Below, one piece after another: positions 30,353-39,489 of a stretch of 64,000 bases of DNA; the first letter of the stretch is position 1; the number at the start of each line of letters is the position of its first letter. Location: positions 29,822 to 93,821 of the forward strand of contig CAZYKA010000002.1 of NCBI GenBank assembly GCA_964647915.1. The letters are read 5' to 3'. The notes beneath the pieces are model-generated. The model searched no databases. It was given only the letters and a program-made list of their open reading frames with translations, and was not told the origin of the DNA. The stretch comes from an uncultured Ferruginibacter sp. Lineage in GTDB: Bacteria > Bacteroidota > Bacteroidia > Chitinophagales > Chitinophagaceae. Position numbers and translations under genes: made by a program.

Positions 30353-32464
30353 ATGAATACGATTAAAAGCCACCCGGTAGAGGAACTGGGGTATCACTTT
30401 ATTGAACCGGAGTACCTGCCAAAAGGTAAAGACGAATACCACCTCCGCAATCTGCAGGTAAATAATACCCGGAAGTACCGGCCGCTTAGCACCATCGAAA
30501 TTGATACCCTGGTTCATAACAGAAATACTTCCGATAACTGGAATAATATCCTGGTAGAATCAGGTTTTAGCGCCCAGTTAGTACGCAATTGCAAATTTTA
30601 TGGTTTGGTGCGTATCGGGAAGCTGGATAATATTTATCTCGAATTCCACAACCTGCGTATGCCGGTTGGATTATACAATAGCACCTTCATCAGTTGCGAC
30701 TTAGGAAATAATGTTTGTATCGACAATGTAAATTTCCTCAGCCATTATATAATCGGTAATGATGTAATGATTGCCAATGTAAATGAAATTGCCACTACCA
30801 ATATCTCTAAATTTGGGAATGGCATCGTAAAGGATGGAGAGAAGGAAAACAGCAGGGTTTGGGTTGAAGTGTGTAACGAAAACGGAGGAAGAAAAATATT
30901 GCCATATGATGGAATGTTGCCGGGTGATGCTTACTTGTGGAGCAAATACAGGGATGACGATCCATTAATGGAAAAATTCAAACAATTCACAGAAAAGAAA
31001 TTTGATAAACAACGGGGATATTACGGCCGCATAGGAGAACGCACTGTAATAAAAAACTGTAGCATCATCAAAGACACCTGGATTGGAACCGATGCTTACC
31101 TGAAAGGCGCCAATAAACTTAAAAACCTCACCATCAATAGCGATCCGGAAAGGAGATCACAAATTGGGGAAGGTTGTGAATTGGTAAATGGCATAATAGG
31201 ATATGGTTGCCGGATTTTTTATGGGGTAAAGGCAGTGCGTTTTGTAATGTCGTCTCATTCGCAACTTAAATATGGTGCCAGGCTGATTAATTCATTTCTG
31301 GGAAACAATTCTACCATTTCATGTTGCGAGGTATTAAACTCACTCATTTTTCCCTCGCACGAACAACATCACAACAATTCATTCTTATGCGCTTCACTGA
31401 TAATGGGGCAAAGTAATATTGCGGCCGGAGCCACTATTGGAAGTAACCATAACAGCCGAAGCCCTGATGGTGAAATTATTGCCGGGCGTGGGTTTTGGCC
31501 AGGCCTTTGCGTTAGTCTGAAACACAATTCGAAATTCGCTTCCTATACTATTTTAGCCAAAGGTGATTACCCCTCCGAATTAAATATACCAATTCCCTTT
31601 TCGCTGGTTAGCAATGATGTTTCTAACGACCGGTTATTGGTAATGCCCGGATATTGGTTTATGTATAATATGTACGCCCTTGCCAGAAATTCATGGAAAT
31701 ATGTTGACAGGGATAAGCGTACAAAAAAAATACAAACTCTCGAATACGACTACCTGGCTCCGGATACCATCAATGAAATGTTCGACAGCCTTTCACTTCT
31801 CGGAGCAGCATCCGTAAATGCCGATGACAGTACCTCGGTTCAGGGATGGGAAAACAGTGGCAGGGAATGCCGGATAATCAAAGTAAATAAGTCGATTAAT
31901 CTTTTTTCACAATTAATCTCTTATTATGGTACTATGGACCTGATCAGGCACTTTGCCAATCAAAAATTTCCAGATTTCGCTTCCTTCAAAAAATCGCTTT
32001 CCGCCAAAATTTCCAGAGAAAAATGGATTAATACAGGGGGCCAGTTGATCCGGGAGGAGGAAATTAAAAAATTCAGGCATTCAGTGAAAACTGGTAAGAT
32101 TAATAGTTGGGATGACGTGCATAATTTTTACCGGGAGCAGGGATCAACCTATCATTCCGACAGGCTGAATCATGCCTACACTTCATTATTGGAAATAAAA
32201 AATATTACTCCAAGACAATTTACTGCCAGCCTATTTTCGGCTTATATGATGGAAGCCATTGCTACAAAAAAACAAATGACAAAGGGCATCTACGACTCGC
32301 GCGAAAAGGATTACAGTAACCCCTTTAGGAAAATGGTATATGATAACCAAAAAGAAATGGATAGCGTAATCGGAAAATTTGAGGAAAACAGCTTTATTCA
32401 ACAGCAACTTAAGGAGCAGGACGATTTAAATAAGACTGTTCGCTCCATTAAGAGAAAACTATAA
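30353..32464 (+). CDS. DUF4954-type protein with left-handed beta-helix (LpxA/GlmU-like) region
   Basis: 703 aa; hexapeptide-like repeats (IGERTVI, IGTDAYL, IGEGCEL, IGYGCRI, LGNNSTI); family recognised by eye. Confidence 0.8.
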   Translation: MNTIKSHPVEELGYHFIEPEYLPKGKDEYHLRNLQVNNTRKYRPLSTIEIDTLVHNRNTSDNWNNILVESGFSAQLVRNCKFYGLVRIGKLDNIYLEFHNLRMPVGLYNSTFISCDLGNNVCIDNVNFLSHYIIGNDVMIANVNEIATTNISKFGNGIVKDGEKENSRVWVEVCNENGGRKILPYDGMLPGDAYLWSKYRDDDPLMEKFKQFTEKKFDKQRGYYGRIGERTVIKNCSIIKDTWIGTDAYLKGANKLKNLTINSDPERRSQIGEGCELVNGIIGYGCRIFYGVKAVRFVMSSHSQLKYGARLINSFLGNNSTISCCEVLNSLIFPSHEQHHNNSFLCASLIMGQSNIAAGATIGSNHNSRSPDGEIIAGRGFWPGLCVSLKHNSKFASYTILAKGDYPSELNIPIPFSLVSNDVSNDRLLVMPGYWFMYNMYALARNSWKYVDRDKRTKKIQTLEYDYLAPDTINEMFDSLSLLGAASVNADDSTSVQGWENSGRECRIIKVNKSINLFSQLISYYGTMDLIRHFANQKFPDFASFKKSLSAKISREKWINTGGQLIREEEIKKFRHSVKTGKINSWDDVHNFYREQGSTYHSDRLNHAYTSLLEIKNITPRQFTASLFSAYMMEAIATKKQMTKGIYDSREKDYSNPFRKMVYDNQKEMDSVIGKFEENSFIQQQLKEQDDLNKTVRSIKRKL

Positions 32465-32890
32465 TTCATCTTTCCCATTTAACAGATAGTTAATTGCCGC
32501 TTCATACCCAAACAGGCCCATACCGGAAATAACAGCTTTTGCTTTGGCTGAAACAAAGGAATGTTTTCGGAATTCTTCCCTGGCAAAAATATTGCTAATG
32601 TGCACTTCAATCACGGGCACAGGTATAGCCGCTATGCAATCGCCAATGGCCACCGAAGTATGGGTATATCCTCCCGGGTTTAAGATAATTCCAGCCCCTT
32701 TAAACCCTGCATCCTGCAAGCCATTAATTAGCTCGCCTTCAATATTCGATTGAAAATAGGAAAGTTCAACCCGGGGATATTTTTCTTTGAGAGATGTAAT
32801 AAATTCATCGAAATCCATGCTTCCATAAATTTCCGGTTCCCTTTTCCCAAGCAGGTTGAGATTGGGACCATTAATGATACAAATCTTCAT
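32459..32890 (-). CDS. aroQ: Type II 3-dehydroquinate dehydratase
   Basis: NGPNLNLLGKREPEIYG, NPGGYTHTS, EVHISN. Confidence 0.98.
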   Translation of the reverse strand: MKICIINGPNLNLLGKREPEIYGSMDFDEFITSLKEKYPRVELSYFQSNIEGELINGLQDAGFKGAGIILNPGGYTHTSVAIGDCIAAIPVPVIEVHISNIFAREEFRKHSFVSAKAKAVISGMGLFGYEAAINYLLNGKDEL

Positions 32891-32902
32891 AATTAAATCA
32901 AA

Positions 32903-34000
32903 TTAATTCATCCGGTTCATAAACTCATCAAAAAGATACCGGCTGTCGTGCGGGCCCGGAGTTGATTCCGGGTGGTATTGAACAGAAAAGGCATTCTTGT
33001 GTTTGAGCCTTAACCCTTCAATGCTGTTATCGTTCAGGTTGAGGTGCGTAACTTCAACATCGGAATTTGCTTTCACCCTTTCCGGATCCACACCAAAGCC
33101 ATGGTTCTGGGTAGTAATTTCACATCTACCGGTAATAATATTCTTAACAGGATGGTTCAGGCCCCGATGCCCATGGTGCATTTTAAAAGTAGAAATCCCA
33201 TTTGCCAGGGCAAGGAGTTGGTGGCCCAGGCAAATTCCGAACAAAGGTTTCCCGGTATCGAGTAATTCATTCACGGTATCCACAGCATAAGGCATTGAAG
33301 CAGGATCTCCGGGTCCATTACTAATAAAAAATCCGGTTGGGTTAAATTGCTGTAATACCGCAGCCGAAGTTTTTGCATTGTGAACTCTTACATAAGCACC
33401 TCTTTCTACCAGGCAATTCAGGATATTACGCTTAATGCCAAAGTCAAGTACTGAAATCCGGATTTTAGAATCCGGGTTTCCCACCTCATAACTGGTACGC
33501 GTACTCACTTCCGATGCCAGTTCAAGACCATTCATCCCGGGCACAACATTCAGTTTTCCAAACAAGGTTTCGATATCATTCGTTTCAGACGAAATAATGC
33601 AATTCATGGCCCCCTTCGAACGTACGTGAGCCACCAGGGCCCGGGTATCTACCCCATCAATAGCAACTACTCCCTGGGCTTCAAAATATTCCTGCAATGA
33701 ATCAGCAGCAATAAACCGGCTGTATTTCTCTTCGAGGTTCCTCCCAATTACACCCTTTACTTTTACTCCATCACTTTCCACATCGGCGGGTTTGACCCCA
33801 TAATTGCCGACATGAACAGTGTTCATAATTACCACCTGTCCATAATAGCTGGGATCGGTAAAAACTTCCTGATAACCGGTCATGCCTGTATTAAAACAAA
33901 TCTCGCCGGTAGTGGTACCAACTTTCCCAAAAGCATTGCCGGGAACCACGGTACCATCTTCCAAAATTAAAACTGCGGGCCGTTTATTGGGGAGGAACAT
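32903..34000 (-). CDS. carA: Carbamoyl-phosphate synthase small subunit
   Basis: FNTGMTGYQE, SNGPGDP, GICLGHQ, QNHGF, QYHPE. Confidence 0.98.
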   Translation of the reverse strand: MFLPNKRPAVLILEDGTVVPGNAFGKVGTTTGEICFNTGMTGYQEVFTDPSYYGQVVIMNTVHVGNYGVKPADVESDGVKVKGVIGRNLEEKYSRFIAADSLQEYFEAQGVVAIDGVDTRALVAHVRSKGAMNCIISSETNDIETLFGKLNVVPGMNGLELASEVSTRTSYEVGNPDSKIRISVLDFGIKRNILNCLVERGAYVRVHNAKTSAAVLQQFNPTGFFISNGPGDPASMPYAVDTVNELLDTGKPLFGICLGHQLLALANGISTFKMHHGHRGLNHPVKNIITGRCEITTQNHGFGVDPERVKANSDVEVTHLNLNDNSIEGLRLKHKNAFSVQYHPESTPGPHDSRYLFDEFMNRMN

Positions 34001-34069
34001 AATTGGAGATTTTGCAAAGGAAATAACAGATGCTGATTTTGAACAAATAAAGTTTTCACCATTGGGGGC

Positions 34070-34096
34070 AAAAAAAAACCCCGATAAATACCGGGG
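34070..34096 (-). terminator. Intrinsic terminator ending the alpha operon
   Basis: CCCCG/CGGGG stem followed by U9 on minus strand after rplQ. Confidence 0.8.
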
Positions 34097-34123
34097 CTAT
34101 ATTGGTTGATCGATAAATCATTA

Positions 34124-34636
34124 TTACTCTTCTGTTGACTCAGGCGTTTCAGTCTGTTCTGTTTCTTCCGCCTTGGCGGCAGTTTTCTTCTTTCCTCCGG
34201 AACGACGCGTTTTCTTGGCTGGCTCTACGGCTTCTTTCCCAGAAATACCCTTTCCGTAAATTTCGTTGAAATCTACCAACTCAATCAGGGCGAGCTCTGC
34301 GTTATCCCCTGCACGCATTCCCAATTTAATGATTCGGGTGTAACCTCCGGGGCGGGAAGAAATTTTGGGTGCAACCACCGTAAAAAGTTCTTTTACTGCC
34401 AACTTATCGTTCAGGTAACTGAACACAATACGGTGATTGTGCATGATCGTTTCCTTCGATTCGTTCTTTTTGGTTTTTGTGATCAGCGGTTCGATGTAGG
34501 TGCGAAGCGCTTTTGCTTTCGCCAAAGTGGTTGTAATGCGCTTATGCATAATAAGCTGGCTTCCCAGGTTGGCAAGAAGGGCACGGCGGTGAGAGGCCGT
34601 CCTGCCCAGGTTGTTGATTTTGTTTCCGTGACGCAT
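34124..34636 (-). CDS. rplQ: 50S ribosomal protein L17 with charged C-terminal tail
   Basis: MRHG...[18 protein letters not shown]. Confidence 0.99.
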   Translation of the reverse strand: MRHGNKINNLGRTASHRRALLANLGSQLIMHKRITTTLAKAKALRTYIEPLITKTKKNESKETIMHNHRIVFSYLNDKLAVKELFTVVAPKISSRPGGYTRIIKLGMRAGDNAELALIELVDFNEIYGKGISGKEAVEPAKKTRRSGGKKKTAAKAEETEQTETPESTEE

Positions 34637-34716
34637 ATTCGTTGTTTTTTAATTCTCCCGCACCGTGGTCAGGGAATTGCGGGATACTTTTAATAAAATG
34701 GCAAAACTGCCGTGGT

Positions 34717-35712
34717 TTATTCGTCGTCGAGCTTTAATTTACTCAGATCCATGCCAAAGCTGAGGCCTCTTTCCTGCAATACCTGATCAATTTCGCTCAA
34801 CGATTTTTGGCCGAAGTTGCGGAATTTCATCAGGTCTTCCTGTTCGTATTGAACCAGTTCACTCAGCGAATTAATTTTAGCCGCTTTCAGGCAATTAAAA
34901 GCACGAACGGAAAGATCCAGATCTTCCAGTGGTGTTTTCAGCATTTTCCGGAGTTGAAGGGTATGTTCATCTACTAGGTCTTCTTTCTTATCTTCCTTGG
35001 TATCGAAAGTGATATTTTCATCGGTAATGATCATCAGGTGCTGGATGAGGATACGGCTGGCTTGTTTCACTGCTTCTTCGGGGTGAATTGTGCCATCGGT
35101 AACCACTTCCATAACCAGCTTTTCGAAATCCGTATGTTGCTCAACACGGGTATTTTCGATGGTATACTTTACGTTTTTAATTGGCGTAAAAATGGCATCA
35201 ACGGGGATATAACCAAAATGGACATTCTTTTCCTTATGGTCTTCGGCGGGAACATAACCGCGTCCTTTGCCTATGGTAATTTCAATATCCAGTTTGCCGC
35301 TTGTATCCAGGGTGCAAATCAGCAAATCGGGATTCATCACCTGGAAGGCGGGAGATGCTTCGCCAATCATTCCGGCGGTGAATTCTGTTTTATTCTTAAT
35401 GGAAAGTGTAATCTTTTCATTATTCACTTCATGATCCACCTTGGGTTTAAACCGAACCTGTTTCAGGTTGAGGATCATTTCTGTAACATCTTCAGTAACG
35501 CCCTTAAGGGTGGCAAATTCATGATCTGCACCGGCTATATTGATTCCAATGATTGCATAACCTTCGAGCGAGTTTAGCAATACCCTGCGGAGGGCATTCC
35601 CAATGGTAACACCATATCCGGGCTCAAGCGGGCGAAATTCAAATTGTGCTTCGAAATCGGTTGCTTTTTGAAGGACAATTTTATCGGGCTTAACAAAATT
35701 GAAAATGGCCAT
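34717..35712 (-). CDS. rpoA: RNA polymerase alpha subunit
   Basis: PLEPGYGVTIGNALRRVLL, GRGYVPA, LSVRAFNCLK, NFGQKS. Confidence 0.99.
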   Translation of the reverse strand: MAIFNFVKPDKIVLQKATDFEAQFEFRPLEPGYGVTIGNALRRVLLNSLEGYAIIGINIAGADHEFATLKGVTEDVTEMILNLKQVRFKPKVDHEVNNEKITLSIKNKTEFTAGMIGEASPAFQVMNPDLLICTLDTSGKLDIEITIGKGRGYVPAEDHKEKNVHFGYIPVDAIFTPIKNVKYTIENTRVEQHTDFEKLVMEVVTDGTIHPEEAVKQASRILIQHLMIITDENITFDTKEDKKEDLVDEHTLQLRKMLKTPLEDLDLSVRAFNCLKAAKINSLSELVQYEQEDLMKFRNFGQKSLSEIDQVLQERGLSFGMDLSKLKLDDE

Positions 35713-35798
35713 TGTATTCTTTGTTTTTAATTTTTGTAATGAAGCAGATTTTGGTAAATCTAATTTTGCTTTTTTGAATTCTAAAACCGGGAAATCGA

Positions 35799-36404
35799 TT
35801 ATTTGGAATACAATTCCACAATAAGTTGTTCCTTAATATTTTCAGGAACACTTTCTCTTTCCGGATAAGCAATAAAAGTACCTTTCATTTCATTTTCATT
35901 CCAGTCGATCCATCCGAACTTCGGGTTTTTGCCCCTCAGGTTGCTGGTGATTGAAGTATTACCTGCGGCCTTTGCCTTCAGCGAAATCACGTCTCCGGGC
36001 TTGCAACTGTAGGAAGGAACATTTACTACTTCGCCATTTACGGTAATGTGTTTATGACTAACCATTTGGCGAGCAGCCTGGCGGCTTGGGGCTACCCCCA
36101 TACGGAAAATGGTGTTATCGAGGCGGGCTTCCAAAAGTTTAATCAGGTTTTCGCCCGGCACGCCCTTACGGCGGGATGCTTCATCAAAGGTTTTACGGAA
36201 TTGTTTTTCCAGCAAACCATAAGTGTACTTTGCCTTTTGTTTTTCTTTCAACTGCAAACCGTATTCACTCAGCGTTTTGCGTTTTTTGTTCGCACCATGT
36301 TGTCCCGGAGGGTTGCTGTTTTTGGTAAGCCACTTACCATTGCCTGTAATAGGCTCGCCGAAACGGCGTGAGATCTTTGTTTTTGGGCCTGTATAACGTG
36401 CCAT
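35799..36404 (-). CDS. rpsD: 30S ribosomal protein S4
   Basis: MARYTGP, PPGQHG, LEARLDN, IVELYSK. Confidence 0.99.
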   Translation of the reverse strand: MARYTGPKTKISRRFGEPITGNGKWLTKNSNPPGQHGANKKRKTLSEYGLQLKEKQKAKYTYGLLEKQFRKTFDEASRRKGVPGENLIKLLEARLDNTIFRMGVAPSRQAARQMVSHKHITVNGEVVNVPSYSCKPGDVISLKAKAAGNTSITSNLRGKNPKFGWIDWNENEMKGTFIAYPERESVPENIKEQLIVELYSK

Positions 36405-36416
36405 AATTTTATTGTT

Positions 36417-36468
36417 GGCCTTTTAGTGACGGTGCATCATCATAAAGGCCTTAAATTAATGATGCACC
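36417..36468 (-). promoter_or_regulatory. Putative structured rpsD leader (H-type pseudoknot)
   Basis: 10-bp stem GGUGCAUCAU/AUGAUGCACC; loop GGCCUUU complementary to downstream AAAGGCC. Confidence 0.6.
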
Positions 36469-36516
36469 CTGTTGAATAATAACAAGGAAGCCGGCAGCAT
36501 AGCTACCGGCAAAAAA

Positions 36517-36915
36517 TTAAACTCTTCTTTTCTTGGGCGGACGGCAACCGTTGTGCGGAAGCGGGGTCACATCCCGGATCATGGAAATCTCTAATCCATT
36601 TTGAGACAGGGAGCGGATGGCACTTTCGCGGCCGCTTCCGGGGCCCTTTACGAAAACATCAACTCTTTTTAACCCGGCATCCACTGCCACTTTTGCAGCA
36701 TCGGCGCCGGCCATTTGTGCTGCATACGGGGTATTTTTCTTGCTCCCCTTAAAACCCATCTTCCCGGCAGAAGACCAGGAAATAACCTGCCCTTGTTTAT
36801 TGGTAAGGCTAATAATAATGTTGTTGAAACTGGCGGTAACGTGTGCATCACCATAGGCATCTACCTTTACCACTCTTTTTTTTGAAGCGCCTTTTGCGCT
36901 TTGTGCTTTTGCCAT
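36517..36915 (-). CDS. rpsK: 30S ribosomal protein S11
   Basis: Start at [32 protein letters not shown]. Confidence 0.99.
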   Translation of the reverse strand: MAKAQSAKGASKKRVVKVDAYGDAHVTASFNNIIISLTNKQGQVISWSSAGKMGFKGSKKNTPYAAQMAGADAAKVAVDAGLKRVDVFVKGPGSGRESAIRSLSQNGLEISMIRDVTPLPHNGCRPPKKRRV

Positions 36916-36949
36916 TGAAATAGGTACTCTTAATAAAATTTTAAAATAA

Positions 36950-37020
36950 ATCCTTTCGGACTGAACCAACCCTCCTGCGGCTTACTATGCGATCTGGCGA
37001 TGGTTCAAAAAATGTAAGCC
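36950..37020 (-). promoter_or_regulatory. Putative structured rpsM-rpsK intergenic RNA (pseudoknot + GAAA hairpin)
   Basis: Crossing 7-bp helices GGCUUAC/GUAAGCC and UGAACCA/UGGUUCA, then GUCC-GAAA-GGAU. Confidence 0.5.
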
Positions 37021-37051
37021 AAAAACAGACCCAAAATGGATACTGTCCTTA

Positions 37052-37432
37052 CTATTTTTTAGCGGCCTTCTTTTTACCGGCAACTGTTTTACGCTTCCCT
37101 TTACGGGTACGGCTGTTGGTACGGGTACGCTGGCCACGAACCGGCAATCCTTTACGATGGCGAAGGCCACGGTAACAGGCAATATCAAGCAGGCGTTTAA
37201 TATTCATTTGGGTTTCGCTGCGCAAAGCACCTTCCGTTTTTATTTCATTGCTGATGATATTACGGATTGCAGTTTGTTCGTCGTCGTTCCACTGGTTAAC
37301 TTTCTTACTGGGGTCGATTCCAGCCTTGGTTAAAATGTAAACGGCAGTAGAACGGCCAATCCCATAAATATAGGTAAGTCCAATCTCGCCCCTTTTGTTT
37401 TTTGGTAAATCTATACCGGCAATACGTGCCAT
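37052..37432 (-). CDS. rpsM: 30S ribosomal protein S13
   Basis: [28 protein letters not shown]. Confidence 0.99.
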   Translation of the reverse strand: MARIAGIDLPKNKRGEIGLTYIYGIGRSTAVYILTKAGIDPSKKVNQWNDDEQTAIRNIISNEIKTEGALRSETQMNIKRLLDIACYRGLRHRKGLPVRGQRTRTNSRTRKGKRKTVAGKKKAAKK

Positions 37433-37460
37433 AATAAATACTATATTTTAAAAATGTTGA

Positions 37461-37577
37461 TTAACCTTGTTTTTGCTTAAATCGGGGGTTCTTTTTGTTG
37501 ATCACATAAAGACGCCCTTTCCTCCGCACAATCTTGCAATCGGCGCTTCGTTTTTTAATAGATGCTCTTACCTTCAT
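37461..37577 (-). CDS. rpmJ: 50S ribosomal protein L36 (zinc-free type)
   Basis: Hand translation [38 protein letters not shown]; between infA and rpsM; below ORF-track cutoff. Confidence 0.98.
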   Translation of the reverse strand: MKVRASIKKRSADCKIVRRKGRLYVINKKNPRFKQKQG

Positions 37578-37618
37578 CTTGATTTCTGTTTAATTATTTC
37601 CGGCTTTCGCCTCAATGT

Positions 37619-37837
37619 TTATTTATACCTGAAAATGATTCGTCCACGGCTTAGGTCGTAGGGACTCATTTCTACTCCCACTCTGTCGCCAGGCAAAATC
37701 CGGATATAATGCATTCGCATTTTTCCAGAAATAGTTGCCAGGATTTCATGGCCATTTTCCAGTTTCACCTTGAACATAGCATTGCTCAGTGCTTCAATAA
37801 TCGTCCCGTCCTGCTTGATCAGTGCCTGTTTAGCCAT
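37619..37837 (-). CDS. infA: Translation initiation factor IF-1
   Basis: [30 protein letters not shown]. Confidence 0.99.
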   Translation of the reverse strand: MAKQALIKQDGTIIEALSNAMFKVKLENGHEILATISGKMRMHYIRILPGDRVGVEMSPYDLSRGRIIFRYK

Positions 37838-37850
37838 AATTTTGGGAGCG

Positions 37851-37858
37851 CAAAGATA
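37851..37858 (-). promoter_or_regulatory. -7 box (TATCTTTG) for the infA-alpha operon
   Basis: Exact TAnnTTTG, 13 nt upstream of infA ATG. Confidence 0.7.
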
Positions 37859-37985
37859 GGAGGATTATTTGAATATTTTGCAAAATCCGCAGATATTTAG
37901 AAGTTTTAGGAGAAACTTGATTTTTTTTCCGAAAAAATGTTGGAAATCGGAATTCCACTTACATTCGGTAAATTTTTTACCATTC

Positions 37986-38651
37986 ATGAAACAAATCCTC
38001 ATTGGAGCCTTTGTCTGCTCCTGTATTTTCTCTGCCTGTAAAAAAAGTGACAAGAAAAGTTCGGAGCCCGACAAATTTATGTCAACTACCCCCGGCAGCA
38101 CCTGGAATTACTCATTTGTAGATAATACCAACGCAGCAGCTAATTACGATTACACCGTAACTTCCTCAAATTCAGATACTTCTATTAATGGAAAGTCTTA
38201 TCATAAATATGCTGTCAGTACCGGGGGCACCGAATATTACAATATTACCGGCCACGATTATTATACCTATGCGGCCCTGCCTGCTCAAATTGGTGGAAAC
38301 TATATTGAAAACCTTTATCTAAGGGACAATGCTATTGCGGGTACATCCTGGATTCAATCTTACAATATTATATTTAACTCGGTTCCTTTAACCATTCAAA
38401 CCACCAATACCATTGCGGCTGTAGGGTTAACCCGTACTGTATCTGGAAAAACTTATTCAAACGTAATCCAGGTAAATACCAGCATCACACCTCCCGCTAT
38501 CCCCGGCCTTACTGTTACATCCAATATTAGTTATTATTATGCACCCAAGGTAGGAATGATTGAAAACCATATTGTGGTTGGCATTAATGGGCTTGGGGTA
38601 ACCCAGGATGTAAATACCCAAACTACGCTTACCAATGCCACTATACTGTAA
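37986..38651 (+). CDS. Hypothetical surface lipoprotein
   Basis: Start moved to MKQILIG..FSAC (lipobox) followed by KKSDKK; Thr/Tyr-rich beta protein with GSTWNY and YYAPKVG. Confidence 0.8.
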   Translation: MKQILIGAFVCSCIFSACKKSDKKSSEPDKFMSTTPGSTWNYSFVDNTNAAANYDYTVTSSNSDTSINGKSYHKYAVSTGGTEYYNITGHDYYTYAALPAQIGGNYIENLYLRDNAIAGTSWIQSYNIIFNSVPLTIQTTNTIAAVGLTRTVSGKTYSNVIQVNTSITPPAIPGLTVTSNISYYYAPKVGMIENHIVVGINGLGVTQDVNTQTTLTNATIL

Positions 38652-38668
38652 ACTCCCATAAAACAAAG

Positions 38669-38697
38669 AAAAAGGTAACCCTGGGGTTACCTTTTTT
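38669..38697. terminator. Bidirectional intrinsic terminator
   Basis: AAAAAGGTAACCC-tgg-GGTTACCTTTTTT between convergent genes. Confidence 0.9.
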
Positions 38698-38698
38698 A

Positions 38699-39409
38699 TT
38701 AATTAAGGATTTTAACTTCAGTTCGCCGGTTAGCGGCCCTACCCGATTCCGTTTTATTATCATCGATCGGTACAGACATGCCATAGCCTTTGGCCTCCAA
38801 GCGCGAAGGATCTATTCCTTTGGAGATGAGATAATCCCTAACCGTATTGGCCCGGTCTTCCGAGAGTTTAAGGTTACTTGCTTTACTGCCCACATTATCG
38901 GTATGGCCCCCGATTTCAATGCGTTCATCATCCTTCCTGTTTAAATAAGAAACCAGTTCATCAAGCACTGCAAAAGATTCGGGCTCCAGGTCGGCCTTAC
39001 CGGTTTCAAAATTACAATCTTCCAAAATAAAGGTACGGGATGGCTGGAACTGTATATCTACTGTAAACGGGTTTTTATAATAGGAGTTTCCCTGAAGGGC
39101 TGGAATATCCAAAACATTGTAACTGGTTGAATCTTTAAAGCCAAGGATAAAAATTTCATATTTAGCACCCGCCGGGAGCCGGATACTAAATTGTCCTTCA
39201 TCGTTTGTGAGGCCCTGGTATTCCTGGCTGTTAGCATTGCTTCGGAATACAATGATTTCATTGGCCTTCCGGTGATTTTTAAAATCGGATACGGTTACAT
39301 TAATAGGCGCATCCTTAGGAACCGATGCATTTTGCACATTTCCATTTTGTGCAAGAAGGGATAAAGGGGTAATCCCTAAGGCAACCAACCACATTTTTAG
39401 TTTTTTCAT
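38699..39409 (-). CDS. OmpA-family peptidoglycan-binding protein
   Basis: Signal peptide; NFETGKA, IGGHTDNVG, LSEDRA, GYG, NRRTE. Confidence 0.92.
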   Translation of the reverse strand: MKKLKMWLVALGITPLSLLAQNGNVQNASVPKDAPINVTVSDFKNHRKANEIIVFRSNANSQEYQGLTNDEGQFSIRLPAGAKYEIFILGFKDSTSYNVLDIPALQGNSYYKNPFTVDIQFQPSRTFILEDCNFETGKADLEPESFAVLDELVSYLNRKDDERIEIGGHTDNVGSKASNLKLSEDRANTVRDYLISKGIDPSRLEAKGYGMSVPIDDNKTESGRAANRRTEVKILN

Positions 39410-39489
39410 CCAGTTAAATTAAGCAGGTTAAAAAGATGGTTAAAATTATTATTTCTGTTAATGAAAGTAATTAAAGAAAAATTAATTTT

